64,000 nt of DNA from Macrostomum lignano (taxonomy: Eukaryota): NCBI GenBank assembly GCA_002269645.1, contig NIVC01000562.1, positions 124,001 through 188,000 on the forward strand, written 5' to 3'. Positions 34,942 through 64,000 of the stretch are shown piece after piece. Position numbers and translations under genes: made by a program. How positions within the stretch are numbered: position 1 is the stretch's first letter; every line of letters starts with the position of its first letter. A model generated the notes under the pieces. That model searched no databases. It saw only the letters and a list, made by a program, of their open reading frames with translations, and was not told where the DNA came from.

Positions 34942-35160
34942 GACGGACGAAACTCAGTCTGGCCCAATCTAGCTCAGCCAATGAGAGAGCAGTAAGGAGA
35001 GAGGAGTCAAAGTTAGACGGACGAAACTCAGCCTAAGGGGGGGGCAGGGAAATCTAGCTGAGCCAATGAGAGAGCAGTAAGGAGAGAGAAGTCAAAGTTA
35101 GACGGACGAAACTCAGGCTAAGGGGGGCAGGGAAATCTAGCTCAGCCAATGAGAGAGCAG
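34942..35160. promoter_or_regulatory. Three ~84-bp tandem units each carrying AGCCAATGAG (NF-Y-type CCAAT box)
   Basis: CCAAT at 34978, 35063 and 35146 (plus 34964) in duplicated units; function is inferred only. Confidence 0.35.
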
Positions 35161-37373
35161 AAAGTAAAGAGATCAAATTCAGACAAGCGGACAAAAGGGA
35201 GGAAAACCTAACTGTGTATCGGTCTGGCTGGGACTTGGGGCCCTTTTCCCTCTTGCTCGCTATGCACACAGGACAATCAAACAGAATTAAGTTGCTAATT
35301 TATTGGGTCTGCTTGTAGAAAGCCAGCGGCGGTTGTTGCAGCTTAATAACGTTGAATCAATTAAAGTTTATTAGATTTTTTATTTCAGTGACATGTCTAG
35401 CTATTTAAGTATCTGTGGCTACATGTATTCCAACAAATGTTTTTGCTCTAACAGAGCTAATTTCCATCTAGTCGCAAAGTCCTCATAAAAAATTCGTCTT
35501 AATCTCATAGTTTTTTGCCGAGTCCCATCAATTTAATGTGTAATCTCATTTTTCCTGGTGTTTGAGTTTGCCTCTGGTGGGCGCTGTGTTGATAACTCTT
35601 ATCAGAGTTGATGTTTTCTTAGTTTCCGGTGGACTGGCTGAAAGAGAATAATTGGCCTTGTTAGTATCGAATTGCTGTTGCTGCTTCTAATAGAGAGAAG
35701 ACCAAGCAAGCCTGTGAGCTATATATATATTACCGGTTATTTTGTCCACACCTATTTGGCTGTTTTGCTCACCCAAAATTCTCCAAACCCCACAGCTTCG
35801 ATGGCAACATTCCAGTTTTTATTAGGTTTTTGTGCTCCAACTATTTTTGTCATTGTTTCAATTGTGATTTCTCATTAGACTTGTGTGTTCGGTGCGCTTC
35901 TCCTTGCTTGCCTCGTCATATTGGTACACCATTTTAGTGTTCTCATTTTTATTACTTCCCAATATGCATATTTTATATGCCGTTAATCTCATTTTATATT
36001 CTGTACATTTTTGCATTCCATTCTTGTTAAGCAGCTCTACTGTTCCTTATAGCTGGTAGTAGTTTGTTATCGTATCGCTCTCAGTCCACGGAATGCCCTG
36101 TTTTCTGTAAAATCTCCCCCGTGTTTTACTTAACCCTTGCCGTTTTGGTTTCAAACAGCCGCGGACTTGTTAGCAACAGCTGCACGCCTCTCCGTCAGAT
36201 TTTGTTTTATTTCGTCTTGTCAATTTTTACCCGTTCTCATTCAAAGAGTTACAGGATTAGCTGTCTGATTGCTGCATCAATTCAACTCACCCTTCATACC
36301 TCTCATTGTTAAAATAATAGCTATTGTACTCATTGAGTTAGTTTGTCTGGGTGTTTTTTCGTTTAAATATTTATTAAAACTTATTACCAGCGGCTTTTGC
36401 TCCGCTTACTGTGTTTTCCAAGCATGTGTCGCCAATTTTATCTTCCTAAATCCACGGGTGCTTATCTGACCCAATCTCAAATTATATATCAAAGCCCTTT
36501 ACTCTCTATTGCCTGTTCTTTATAAAATGAATTTTAAATATAAATATATGCTAGCACGCATCAGTTCAGTATTATGTGCGCAGTGTATAGCGCAATTTTA
36601 TTCGTTGTTTGTGACTAAAGTGAACAAAGTTCGTACACACTTTTCTTTTCATTTTAACTGTTCGTGTGTTATTATTGTATGGCCTATAGATTATTGCACA
36701 AGTCGCGATTTTCCTATTATTTTAATTCAAAGCTCGGCATGCATGTACATGTTACTATTGTAAAAAAATGAACGCACGCGGCACAAATTTGTGAATTAAT
36801 TACTCTAATTAAAAATTAATTTAGATGCACTCTTAACAGTAAAAAGTAGAATTGTATATTCACAGCCATCAACCATGTGTAATTAATTGGAAATTGCAAC
36901 AAAAGTTAGTGCGTGCTGTACATGCATTTGAGCTATCGTGCAGGAATGCAACGTCATACATGTACTACCTTTATAAGTATACATTTATGCATATGAAAGT
37001 CCATCCATCATGTATTTTGCAAAAAGCAAAAAGCTCACGAGGTACAGTAATATTATTTATCAGTAATGTTTTCGTAGCACTGCTAAGTTCTACTTGATAC
37101 TTAAATCTTAATTGAGGGCTCTACAAAGCCGGTGAGTTCAAATGGACATACATGTATTTTCTGTCATCCTAAATTTAGGAAGAATCAAAATATAGCATGT
37201 ATATAAGCACATGAAATTTGACTGTAAAATAAAAATAAGATTATATTACAATATCAGAATTGCATTTGCGATACATTCAAATCATACACGCATTGAGGGA
37301 CGAATTCAAATTATGTTAACTGTCGCACGTCAAGATCGATCTCGGCCGGTATAATAGGTTGGTTGAAAACCTA

Positions 37374-37634
37374 AGGCCTTTTCATATTACTTGTTCTGGT
37401 TCCAGAACCAGAACCAATATGTGAAGTATAACTTTTTGTCTCCATAAGTAGAGGGAGATACGTGCTATAAAGTTTTTATTATTGAATGACAATCGCCAAG
37501 AAGAAAGTGAAAAATTGTGCTAAGTGAGGTTGTTAAGGCAGTCAAACATTCAACAGAATTAAATAGTTTTACTGCTGTTTTTCTTGGAAGATCCGATCCG
37601 ATTCTGATTCTGGAACTGGTAATATGAAAAGCCT
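37374..37634. mobile_element. PIF/Harbinger-like MITE (opposite orientation to 53254-53513)
   Basis: Ends GGCCTTTTCAT...ATGAAAAGCC; interior is the reverse complement of the 53254 element. Confidence 0.8.
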
Positions 37635-38599
37635 CCTACCTGAATTTTTGGGATGTAGCACACGCGATCGACACAAGTTAAAAAACAGAGTACAAGACAA
37701 CTTTAGATTAGAATTAGTGCTTAGTGCTTAAGAGACATAATTATTTATGTCTCTTAAAAGTATTTATTTGTAGGCCTACTTAAAATAGTTTGTAGATTAC
37801 TTTTCTTGAGTCAAAAAATTTAACAAATGGAACTTGACAATTGCCGGCTCACAGTATTGAAGTATTCAATAGTAGAATAGGCAATGGCTAGAGTTCCGGG
37901 GCACCAGAACCCATTTTCTAACGGCTATAGATCTGGCAGTGCCATTGTAATATAGATGGAACATTATATTTTTCTTTCTACATGTGGCTGATATAATGTA
38001 GTAGGCTTATATAGCCAAATAGACTATGCAAAATATAGGCATAGGCATAGCCTATAGGCCCTGCCCTAGCTTTATCTATACACTTTTTAGCCCCTTTTCT
38101 GGCTTTAATGTAAAATGAAATTGTATCTTATTTAAAGTAAATGAAGCTATTAAATAATAACTTTTTAGACTTTAATAAAGATTTATCAATATCATTCATA
38201 GTAAATATTAATCTAATTCTGATGTCATATCTAAAAACCCTAAAAAATAGCTGCTTTTTATTATCTAAAATACTATCCTTTTGCTTCTTTATATTATCTC
38301 TTTTTTTATTGTTAAACTATTTACCAAGTAAAACTAACTAAACTTAATATAATTGTCAATATAATTTATACCTAATAGTTTCAGTGCTCAAGTGGCAAAC
38401 ATTGTTAGGGGGCCTAATTATCAATTACAAATCCTATAGGCCTATGGCATTACTAATGGTTGTTCGATAATTCAAAAGATTCTTAACTCTTTTTATATAT
38501 TTATTTCAAAGGCCTAGGTTACTAATACATTATACACATTTGTTGAAATAGTGTACTTCAATTCTCTACTATTATAATCAAGAAAGTGGCTTGTATGCT

Positions 38600-38783
38600 C
38601 AGGGGTGGTAGAGCCTAATATTTTAAGGAGGGGGGGGAGCATCGGGCATAGGGCAAAGGGGTATATATACCTTTATAAGCTGTTAATTAGGGCCTCAAAT
38701 CAGAAAAAGCACTAAAAATTACCACATTGATTCATTTTCTGGGGGGTACATGCCCCCAATGCTATAAGCTCCCGCTACCCATG
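38600..38783. mobile_element. hAT-type MITE, 184 bp
   Basis: 8-bp TSD TGTATGCT at 38592-38599 and 38784-38791; imperfect TIR CAGGGGTGGTAG / CTACCCATG. Confidence 0.75.
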
Positions 38784-39490
38784 TGTATGCTAGAAAATTT
38801 TAGCAAATAAACATATATATTTATTCCATTATATTATAAGCTTTTTTCTATTAGCTAGTACCTATTTCAATAATATATAACTTATTAAAATAAAAAACTA
38901 TTCTAAAACAAATTTTGCCAATATAGAGGGCCTATCAAATCTAAAAAAACTGTTAGAAAATTTAGGAAATGTTAAGATATTTGTGAACCTGTTATATAAA
39001 TAAAATAGAAGCAAAATAAGCCTAGAAAACTAGTTTATCTGCCATCTAATAGGGTTTGACTTTTAGAAGAAAAAAGGATTAGTAAAAGTCTAATTGTTAT
39101 TGTTATAGTAGGAACAAGCTATGGTAAGCCATTAAATTTAAAATTTAATCTAGGTAGTTTTTTACCCCCACTTAGTATTAAAAACATTCAAATGTTTTTT
39201 CACATTAAACATGTTCTTAGTCATTAGTCATTTCAATATTTTTTTATTGGATTAGAACTTTTTACTTTGTGTTTTCTATTATTTTAATAATTGAAGTCAT
39301 TCATGTGCGATCTTTAAAGCTAGGCCCCTACTAGTTGATTTTGGCAGCTTGATTTTGACTGAAAATGTTGCTATAACTATTACCTATTTATGATAATATA
39401 ATCATGCATTCAATTGGTAAAATGAACTTGCCATAATCTACCCCTAATGAACCAATAATCATTGCTGATTATCAGATCCAATAAATTCAA

Positions 39491-42317
39491 ATGGCGTCCA
39501 AGTTTGATCTGGGCCAAGAAAATATTTCTCACAGTAGGAGGATGGAAGCGCTGAAGCCAACTGTGCTGCGGAAGAAGACAGCATTCAAGCCATTTGCTGA
39601 TGCTAAATCAACTATTAGCAGGTCTGTGTCTATGCATATTTATTAATTCAAATACAATATCAATGGGATTATTGGTGCTTGGTTTTGTCAATTAGAGATT
39701 AGAAATCGGGTATCCTTGGGATCTTTGCTTGGGAACTAGAATCTGTCTTTAGGTCCATCCCTATGTATGAAAAAATGTGCAGTGTCTGATGGTTTGAAAG
39801 TTAAAGATACCACTGTGCAAACTCTAACGACTATCCTCGATTTATGATCAATAAAATACCATATAAAAGATCCCTTATTGCCTGGGTGCTAACTACGGCT
39901 ATTTTTGCTTAACTTTTCTACTCTAGAAAATCTGAACATTTATAGAACTTCTTGGCTCAGGTTAGATGTAGTCTGAGAGCGGCCAGTCACTGTAGGCTAA
40001 CTACTCAATCTCCCATTTCTTAGCACCCAGTCACTGTAGGCTAACTACCCAATCTCCCATTCTTAGCACCCAGTCACTGTAGGCTAACTACCCAATCTCC
40101 CATTCTTAGCACCCAGTCACTGTAGGCTAACTACCCAATCTCCCATTTCTTAGCACCCAGTCACTGTAGGCTAACTACCCAATCTCCCATTCTTAGCACC
40201 CAGTCACTGTAGGCTAACTACCCAATCTCCCATTCTTAGCACCCAGTCACTGTAGGCTAACTACTCAATCTCATATTCTTAGCACCCAGTCACTGTAGGC
40301 TAACTACCCAATCTCCCATTTCTTAGCACCCAGTCACTGTAGGCTAACTACTCAATCTCCCATTCTTAGCACCCAGTCACTGTAGGCTAACTACTCAATC
40401 TCATATTCTTAGCACCCAGTCACTGTAGGCTAACTACCCAATCTCCCATTTCTTAGCACCCAGTCACTGTAGGCTAACTACTCAATCTCCCATTCTTAGC
40501 ATCCAGTCACTGTAGGCTAACTACTCAATCTCCCATTTCTTAGCACCCAGTCACTGTAGGCTAACTACCCAATCTCCCATTCTTAGCACCCAGTCACTGT
40601 AGGCTAACTACCCAATCTCCCATTCTTAGCACCCAGTCACTGTAGGCTAACTACCCAATCTCCCATTTCTTAGCACCCAGTCACTGTAGGCTAACTACCC
40701 AATCTCCCATTTCTTAGCACCCAGTCACTGTAGGCTAACTACCCAATCTCCCATTTCTTAGCACCCAGTCACTGTAGGCTAACTACTCAATCTCATATTC
40801 TTAGCATCCAGTCACTGTAGGCTAACTACTCAATCTCCCATTTCTTAGCACCCAGTCACTGTAGGCTAACTACCCAATCTCCCATTCTTAGCACCCAGTC
40901 ACTGTAGGCTAACTACCCAATCTCCCATTCTTAGCACCCAGTCACTGTAGGCTAACTACCCAATCTCCCATTTCTTAGCACCCAGTCACTGTAGGCTAAC
41001 TACCCAATCTCCCATTCTTAGCACCCAGTCACTGTAGGCTAACTACCCAATCTCCCATTCTTAGCACCCAGTCACTGTAGGCTAACTACTCAATCTCATA
41101 TTCTTAGCACCCAGTCACTGTAGGCTAACTACCCAATCTCCCATTCTTAGCACCCAGTCACTGTAGGCTAACTACCCAATCTCCCATTTCTTAGCACCCA
41201 GTCACTGTAGGCTAACTACCCAATCTCCCATTTCTTAGCACCCAGTCACTGTAGGCTAACTACCCAATCTCCCATTTCTTAGCACCCAGTCACTGTAGGC
41301 TAACTACTCAATCTCCCATTCTTAGCATCCAGTCACTGTAGGCTAACTACTCAATCTCCCATTTCTTAGCACCCAGTCACTGTAGGCTAACTACCCAATC
41401 TCCCATTCTTAGCACCCAGTCACTGTAGGCTAACTACCCAATCTCCCATTCTTAGCACCCAGTCACTGTAGGCTAACTACCCAATCTCCCATTTCTTAGC
41501 ACCCAGTCACTGTAGGCTAACTACCCAATCTCCCATTCTTAGCACCCAGTCACTGTAGGCTAACTACCCAATCTCCCATTCTTAGCACCCAGTCACTGTA
41601 GGCTAACTACTCAATCTCATATTCTTAGCACCCAGTCACTGTAGGCTAACTACCCAATCTCCCATTTCTTAGCACCCAGTCACTGTAGGCTAACTACTCA
41701 ATCTCCCATTCTTAGCATCCAGTCACTGTAGGCTAACTACTCAATCTCCCATTTCTTAGCACCCAGTCACTGTAGGCTAACTACCAATCTCCCATTTCTT
41801 AGCACCCAGTCACTGTAGGCTAACTACTCAATCTCCCATTCTTAGCACCCAGTCACTGTAGGCTAACTACTCAATCTCCCATTCTTAGCACCCAGTCACT
41901 GTAGGCTAACTACTCAATCTCCCATTTCTCAGCAGCCGTTCGAATCGGCGTCGCGTCGGCGAAGCCGCCACCCAGACGGAGCTGCCGCCAGCTTTTACTG
42001 ATGCCAACGTCCAGACCGGTGTGCCGGACGCCGAGCTGGCCTGGCTGACGGCCGAGGAGCAGCCGGACTCGCCTGAATATCTGGCCAGACTGGCCGAGAG
42101 TCGCCGACAGGCTCTGTCCGAATCGTTGGAAGAGAATGCCAAACTGGCCGAGGAGAATCGGCAGCTGACCGACCTGCTGGCTGCCATGATTAACGACGCC
42201 GACGCCGCCGCCGCTGCTATTGCCGAGTCCGCTGCCTACGCCGTCGCTGAAGACGGCAGCGGCACCTGCCCGCACTGCGGAGGTCGCGGCACCTCGCCGG
42301 TGGCTGGTCAGGAGTGA
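39491..42317 (+). CDS. GMNN: Geminin-family coiled-coil protein (divergent), two coding exons
   Basis: Exon 39491(or 39542)-39621 (AG|GTCTGT, phase 2) joins 41933-42317 (TTTCTCAG|C, NAGNAG, phase 2). PEYLARLAESRRQALSESLEENAKLAEENRQL matches the geminin signature [24 protein letters not shown]. There is no C-terminal TIRT-like domain, so geminin is more likely than multicilin or GemC1. Confidence 0.7.
39983..41932 (+). repeat. 43/44-bp minisatellite containing a branchpoint, pyrimidine tract and AG; last unit is the geminin acceptor
   Basis: Unit CACCCAGTCACTGTAGGCTAACTACCCAATCTCCCATTCTTAG, ~45 copies; only the final unit ends TTTCTCAG. Confidence 0.96.
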
Positions 42318-43172
42318 GTGGAATCCGATCGCTGGTCACTGATCTTCACCAATCACTTATTTTTGTATTTTTAATCAGTATATCGTGTAAACTGCTACTT
42401 GTCTACTTATAGTAGCTTTTGAGTGTTGTCGGGACTTTTTTGTCCTACATTTTTATTAGCTAGCTAAATAATGCCATTTCTCCTGTGTTTGTGCAATCAT
42501 TGTTCTCGATTTGGTCTCTCTTATATATTCATTCTATTTTTGTAAAACAATGTTACCTTCGTTTTATTGGTGTGTCGCATTATTTGCTGTGCTTGCATTT
42601 AGCAGCAATGATAAAGTAATTATTTCAATACTTTTTTAACAAGCTAGCATTTCCAGTTTTTCAATCTATTTTGTTATTGTATCTAAAATATCATCACATT
42701 TAGCTAATATGCTGTGGCCCGCTGTCTATTGTGTGTGACTGTACTTTTCAAATGGTGCTTAGGCATGACTTCCTGTCAGCTTTTTATTGCTAAATATTTC
42801 ATAAGTTGCAACTCTAATAAAAACAGCATTCGTTATTGTTCGCAATCAGCTTATCGCGTGTTTTATACATAATTGTAAACTATTTGGTAGCTTATTTTTT
42901 ATTATTGATTTATGTGTGAGCACGGCTTTGACTGTACATGTATTTTGGCGGTTAGTACTCGTATTAAGGTTCAGTTAAAATTGGTACACGACATGCGGCT
43001 AATTTGAAACTCAGATGAGCATAAATTCGTTAAGGTAACCTTTTAGTCTAGTCTAGAGCCCCCATCCACTAGCTATAGAACTGCATTCGACGATAGCTAG
43101 TAAAGGCAATCGCAGTGGATAATAATTTCTTTTAAAATCAGCACCAAGTGTAGAAATGAAGTTCTGCGGTCA

Positions 43173-43551
43173 AAAATTTTTCATCAGAGGCAGGGGCTGT
43201 GTGCACCCTGGCGCACTTTAAGCGACATAGGCACAACCGACGAGAGGCATTGCTGCCCATTCCGCTGACTCCCCTAAGCAGGCACACAAGCGCGCGGATA
43301 CGTACGCAGTCATACGCACAGGCACACACTCACAGGAGTGAACAGCGGCCCTAACTTTATTTATCGTTAGGCATGTACACTTCACTGTGCCTTGGGGGTT
43401 GGGCCTCAAGCTGAGCGGTTAATTGCACAAGCAGAGCCAATCCGAGATTCCAATTTAGCCCCGAATTAATGTGACTGCACTTGGAATCGAGCCTCGACCA
43501 TGTCACATCTGACATCAGAGCGCCGCGCTAGACCGCTAGATTACGGCGCCC
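43173..43551 (-). mobile_element. Full-length SINE family B copy
   Basis: tRNA-like head at 43551 on the minus strand and an A-rich tail; candidate TSD CTGCGGTCA at 43164-43172 and 43552-43560. Confidence 0.85.
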
Positions 43552-45588
43552 CTGCGGTCAGAATATACTCAGCAACATTGAAAAGTCGCAGTCTTTGCCC
43601 CAGTGAGCAATGTTTTTTGCAACCAGTGTTTATCACCTGGCCAACCATTTTGATTTTTAAAAATGCTAGAAAAAAAACAATGAAAACCGGGCGGAAGCTT
43701 CAATCTATCCAGTCTTCGCCCTCCGCTCTTCCCAATCCCTCCTCACCCAGCCCAGCTCTGCGTCGCGTGGCGCAAGTTGCGTCACTCAAAAGTCAATACT
43801 GAGCTGGAATTTACTGCGCACTGTCAAAGGTGGCGACTTTTTAATGTTGTTGAGTAAACCTGCTTTGAAATCCTCTACTTCAGAGATCGGAAAACTTTTA
43901 CATCAATGGCCAGGTAGAGAACCTAACGCATTACTGCGGGCCAGAGGGGAGAGAGGAGAGTGAATAGAGAAGAGAGATAGGAGAAAGGAGAGGGGAGGGA
44001 ATAAAGGAGAAGAGAGGAGAGGGGAGAAAAGAGGAGCTAATTAAGAGAGCTGAGAAGAGACAAACCTGAAGCTGAAAAGAGACAAAGAAGAGCAGGCTTG
44101 GCATGCAGTCTGATGGTGGGGGGACAAAGCCAAGAATTCTGCATGAATAAATTCCTACATGAGTACTTTGTAACCCAAGTTTGCGATCTGACGCGATTGG
44201 ATGTAGTTTTTTAAATAGATCAGCGACATGGTAAAGTTTCCACCCTGAAACCAGCCAGTGGACAACAAGTGGCAGTTTTAATCCAACTGAAGCCATGACT
44301 TTCCACTCTGGATCCTCACCAGCCTAAGCTGGGGCCTCTGTGACGCAAATTACATCACCCACTGTTGAGACACGTGAATTGCGTCACTTTGAGCTGAGAC
44401 CTGAGAAAAGTACTGGTTTCGGGGTGGAAGTTGCTGCGGATATGCATGGACCACTGTAGTAGGAGTCTGCACTCGCGGCTAATGTTTTTTGTATAGTGTA
44501 TAAGTTTGTGTCACAACTGCTCAATTTTCTGCCCGTTGCTTTCTTCTGTGATGCATTCGGAGTTCTCAGTAGGCAATTACAATAAATATTTCAGGTGAAG
44601 ACAAAGCAGCAGTGCAGAGTCCTTCTACTACAGTGGTCCTTGATGGCATGATGACGGCTTGCCATCAGCACAGGCTGATTTCCGTAACTTTCGTATTGAT
44701 ATAAAAGTTAAATATATAGCCATATTTGATGCTCTTGAACTGGTCCGTTTCAAGTTCATCTACTGGCAGTGCCAGTGCAATCGTGCATCATAGAGTTCGA
44801 GCATGAGAATGCTCAAAGCCCTACGCGCGCCAGCCCCCGAGCTCGCCTGCCCCCTTTGATTTATCCGAGCAAAATTTAGTCGCCAATTTTCGATTGCTAA
44901 TTGCGGGACCATGGAGCGCGGAACAGGCTGGCTGGCTGGCAGAGGCTTGGGAGGTCGGGTCCCAATTGGTCCCAACTGGTGAGACCCGCGGGAGCAGTGC
45001 ATGGCCGGGCCAGTCCCAGTGCCGCATAGCCAAGGCCTTAAATGCAGCAGCAGCAGCTCAAAATGGCTCAGTTTTACTGACGTGTCTGCTCAACTCCGTC
45101 CCCTTCCCGACCAATTTTAGCGCAGAGGCTCGGCAGGTGCCAAATGCCTGAAAAAGCCTCTCAATTCTCTCTTCTTCAATTGTGTATTCCCTGTTTATTG
45201 TTTATTCACCTGTCCAAGTCTAGCGCTATCCAGTATTCTATAGCAGGGAATTTATCGATTTTTATACAAAGCGAAAATCTTTTCAAGTTAAAGACTGCTA
45301 CTCCCTATTGGACGGAATAATAAAGGAATCGCCTTCCGCCGTTCGCTGCACTGCACTTTATAACCTTATTTACTCCCTATAAAAGGAATCGCTGCTTACA
45401 TATAGTGGAAGTGAACGAGCTGCTGGCGTTACCTTTGGTCTAATTGGTCCGGTGTTCTGCCGCTGGAACAATGCCGCAACTGCCGTTCGATGTCGCCGAC
45501 AAGACCGCCTGTTTGACTGTCCGTTCCGCTTGGAAACTGATCGCCCTCCATTGTTATTTATCACGTTAGAGACTGAATTGGCTTAGAT

Positions 45589-62874
<17,286 letters not shown>

Positions 62875-62893
62875 TTGGCCTCGCCAGTCTTCA

Positions 62894-63388
62894 CTGGACT
62901 GAACTGCTGTCTCAGCATTGATCACGTGACTCTGGACTGAACTGCTGTCTCAGCATTGATCACGTGACTCTGGACTGAACTGCTGTCTCAGCATTGATCA
63001 CGTGACTCTGGACTGAACTGCTGTCTCAGCATTGATCACGTGACTCTGGACTGAACTGCTGTCTCAGCATTGATCACGTGACTCTGGACTGAACTGCTGT
63101 CTCAGCATTGATCACGTGACTCTGGACTGAACTGCTGTCTCAGCATTGATCACGTGACTCTGGACTGAACTGCTGTCTCAGCATTGATCACGTGACTCTG
63201 GACTGAACTGCTGTCTCAGCATTGATCACGTGACTCTGGACTGAACTGCTGTCTCAGCATTGATCACGTGACTCTGGACTGAACTGCTGTCTCAGCATTG
63301 ATCACGTGACTCTGGACTGAACTGCTGTCTCAGCATTGATCACGTGACTCTGGACTGAACTGCTGTCTCAGCATTGATCACGTGACTC
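62894..63388 (+). repeat. 38-bp perfect minisatellite CTGGACTGAACTGCTGTCTCAGCATTGATCACGTGACT in the presumed eag 3' UTR
   Basis: 13 identical units starting 20 bp after the stop codon. Confidence 0.97.
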
Positions 63389-64000
63389 CGGTTGCATTGG
63401 TTTGATTCCAGTTGTTGATTTTGCAGTTGATCACCATACTCGTAGCTGTGCATCTATTTCACACCCGACACATTGGCGCCCCTATCAGCGGTGAAATCGC
63501 AAATAATCTCTGATCGCTCACCATTTCCATTACCACGGCTCGAACCTTTTGCTTTTTGTTAATGCTTCGTTGCAAATAATTTCTTCAATCCTCACCAAAT
63601 CGTCTTTAGACGATCGGAAGCTGCCGTAGAGGTTTGCAGCTTCTTGGTTCCGAATTAAATCTAGCTTTTATGCACCCCCAATCTCAATTTGCATTGTTCA
63701 GCACCTACATGTAGCATCCGGCTGCAGAGCATATTTTCCTAGAAAAATAACAAAGCAATGTCAATCTACAACAAGGCACAATTGAGGCGACCTAATCATT
63801 TGAAAAGCTGAAGTGTCGTGTCTGTGTACAGAGTTTGCGTTTGATCATAGTCATTATTTTAACTGGTTATCTGTCTGTGTATGAGATCTCATTTTCTTAT
63901 AAACACATAAAATACAGCTTGCATTGCTCTCCTGTCTCTCTTTGCCTACCCCTGTTAATCTCTCTTCCACTCTCCCCATATGCTTTTGCCTCTTCATCTT

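Noticed and set aside
35500-37100. Possible gene or decayed LINE between rhophilin and geminin
   Set aside because: Only short, stop-interrupted AT-rich ORFs with no recognisable motif; cannot be assigned without a database search.
41933-42317. Multicilin or GemC1 assignment
   Set aside because: No C-terminal TIRT-type E2F/DP-binding domain and the protein is short.

Overview
Eukaryotic (animal) genomic DNA with GC-rich exons and minisatellite-packed introns. Its style suggests a free-living flatworm such as Macrostomum; this is inference, not proven. Four spliced genes lie on the + strand: the 3' part of nardilysin (M16 peptidase; 12 exons, <1-27515), rhophilin (HR1-Bro1-PDZ; 28612-34265), a divergent geminin-family gene (39491-42317) and a complete EAG/Kv10 potassium channel (45589-62874). 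A fifth, two-exon gene is nested antisense in a nardilysin intron (22083-16408, minus strand) and encodes a ~166-aa four-TM, MS4A/CD20-like protein. Nearly every intron carries its own private tandem array. Two arrays are amplified splice signals: ~125-128 copies of a nardilysin exon tail plus its GTAAGT donor (5425-10525), and ~45 copies of a branchpoint-pyrimidine-AG acceptor in the geminin intron (39983-41932). In both, every decoy site leads to an immediate in-frame stop. Rhophilin has no ATG of its own but begins in phase 0 at a strong acceptor, which fits initiation on the 3'-terminal AUG of a flatworm spliced leader. Mobile elements include two main tRNA-derived SINE families, hAT and PIF/Harbinger MITEs with intact TSDs, and 5'-truncated RTE LINE ends. 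There is no CRISPR array, rRNA or true tRNA. Most long ORFs in the track are repeat artefacts.
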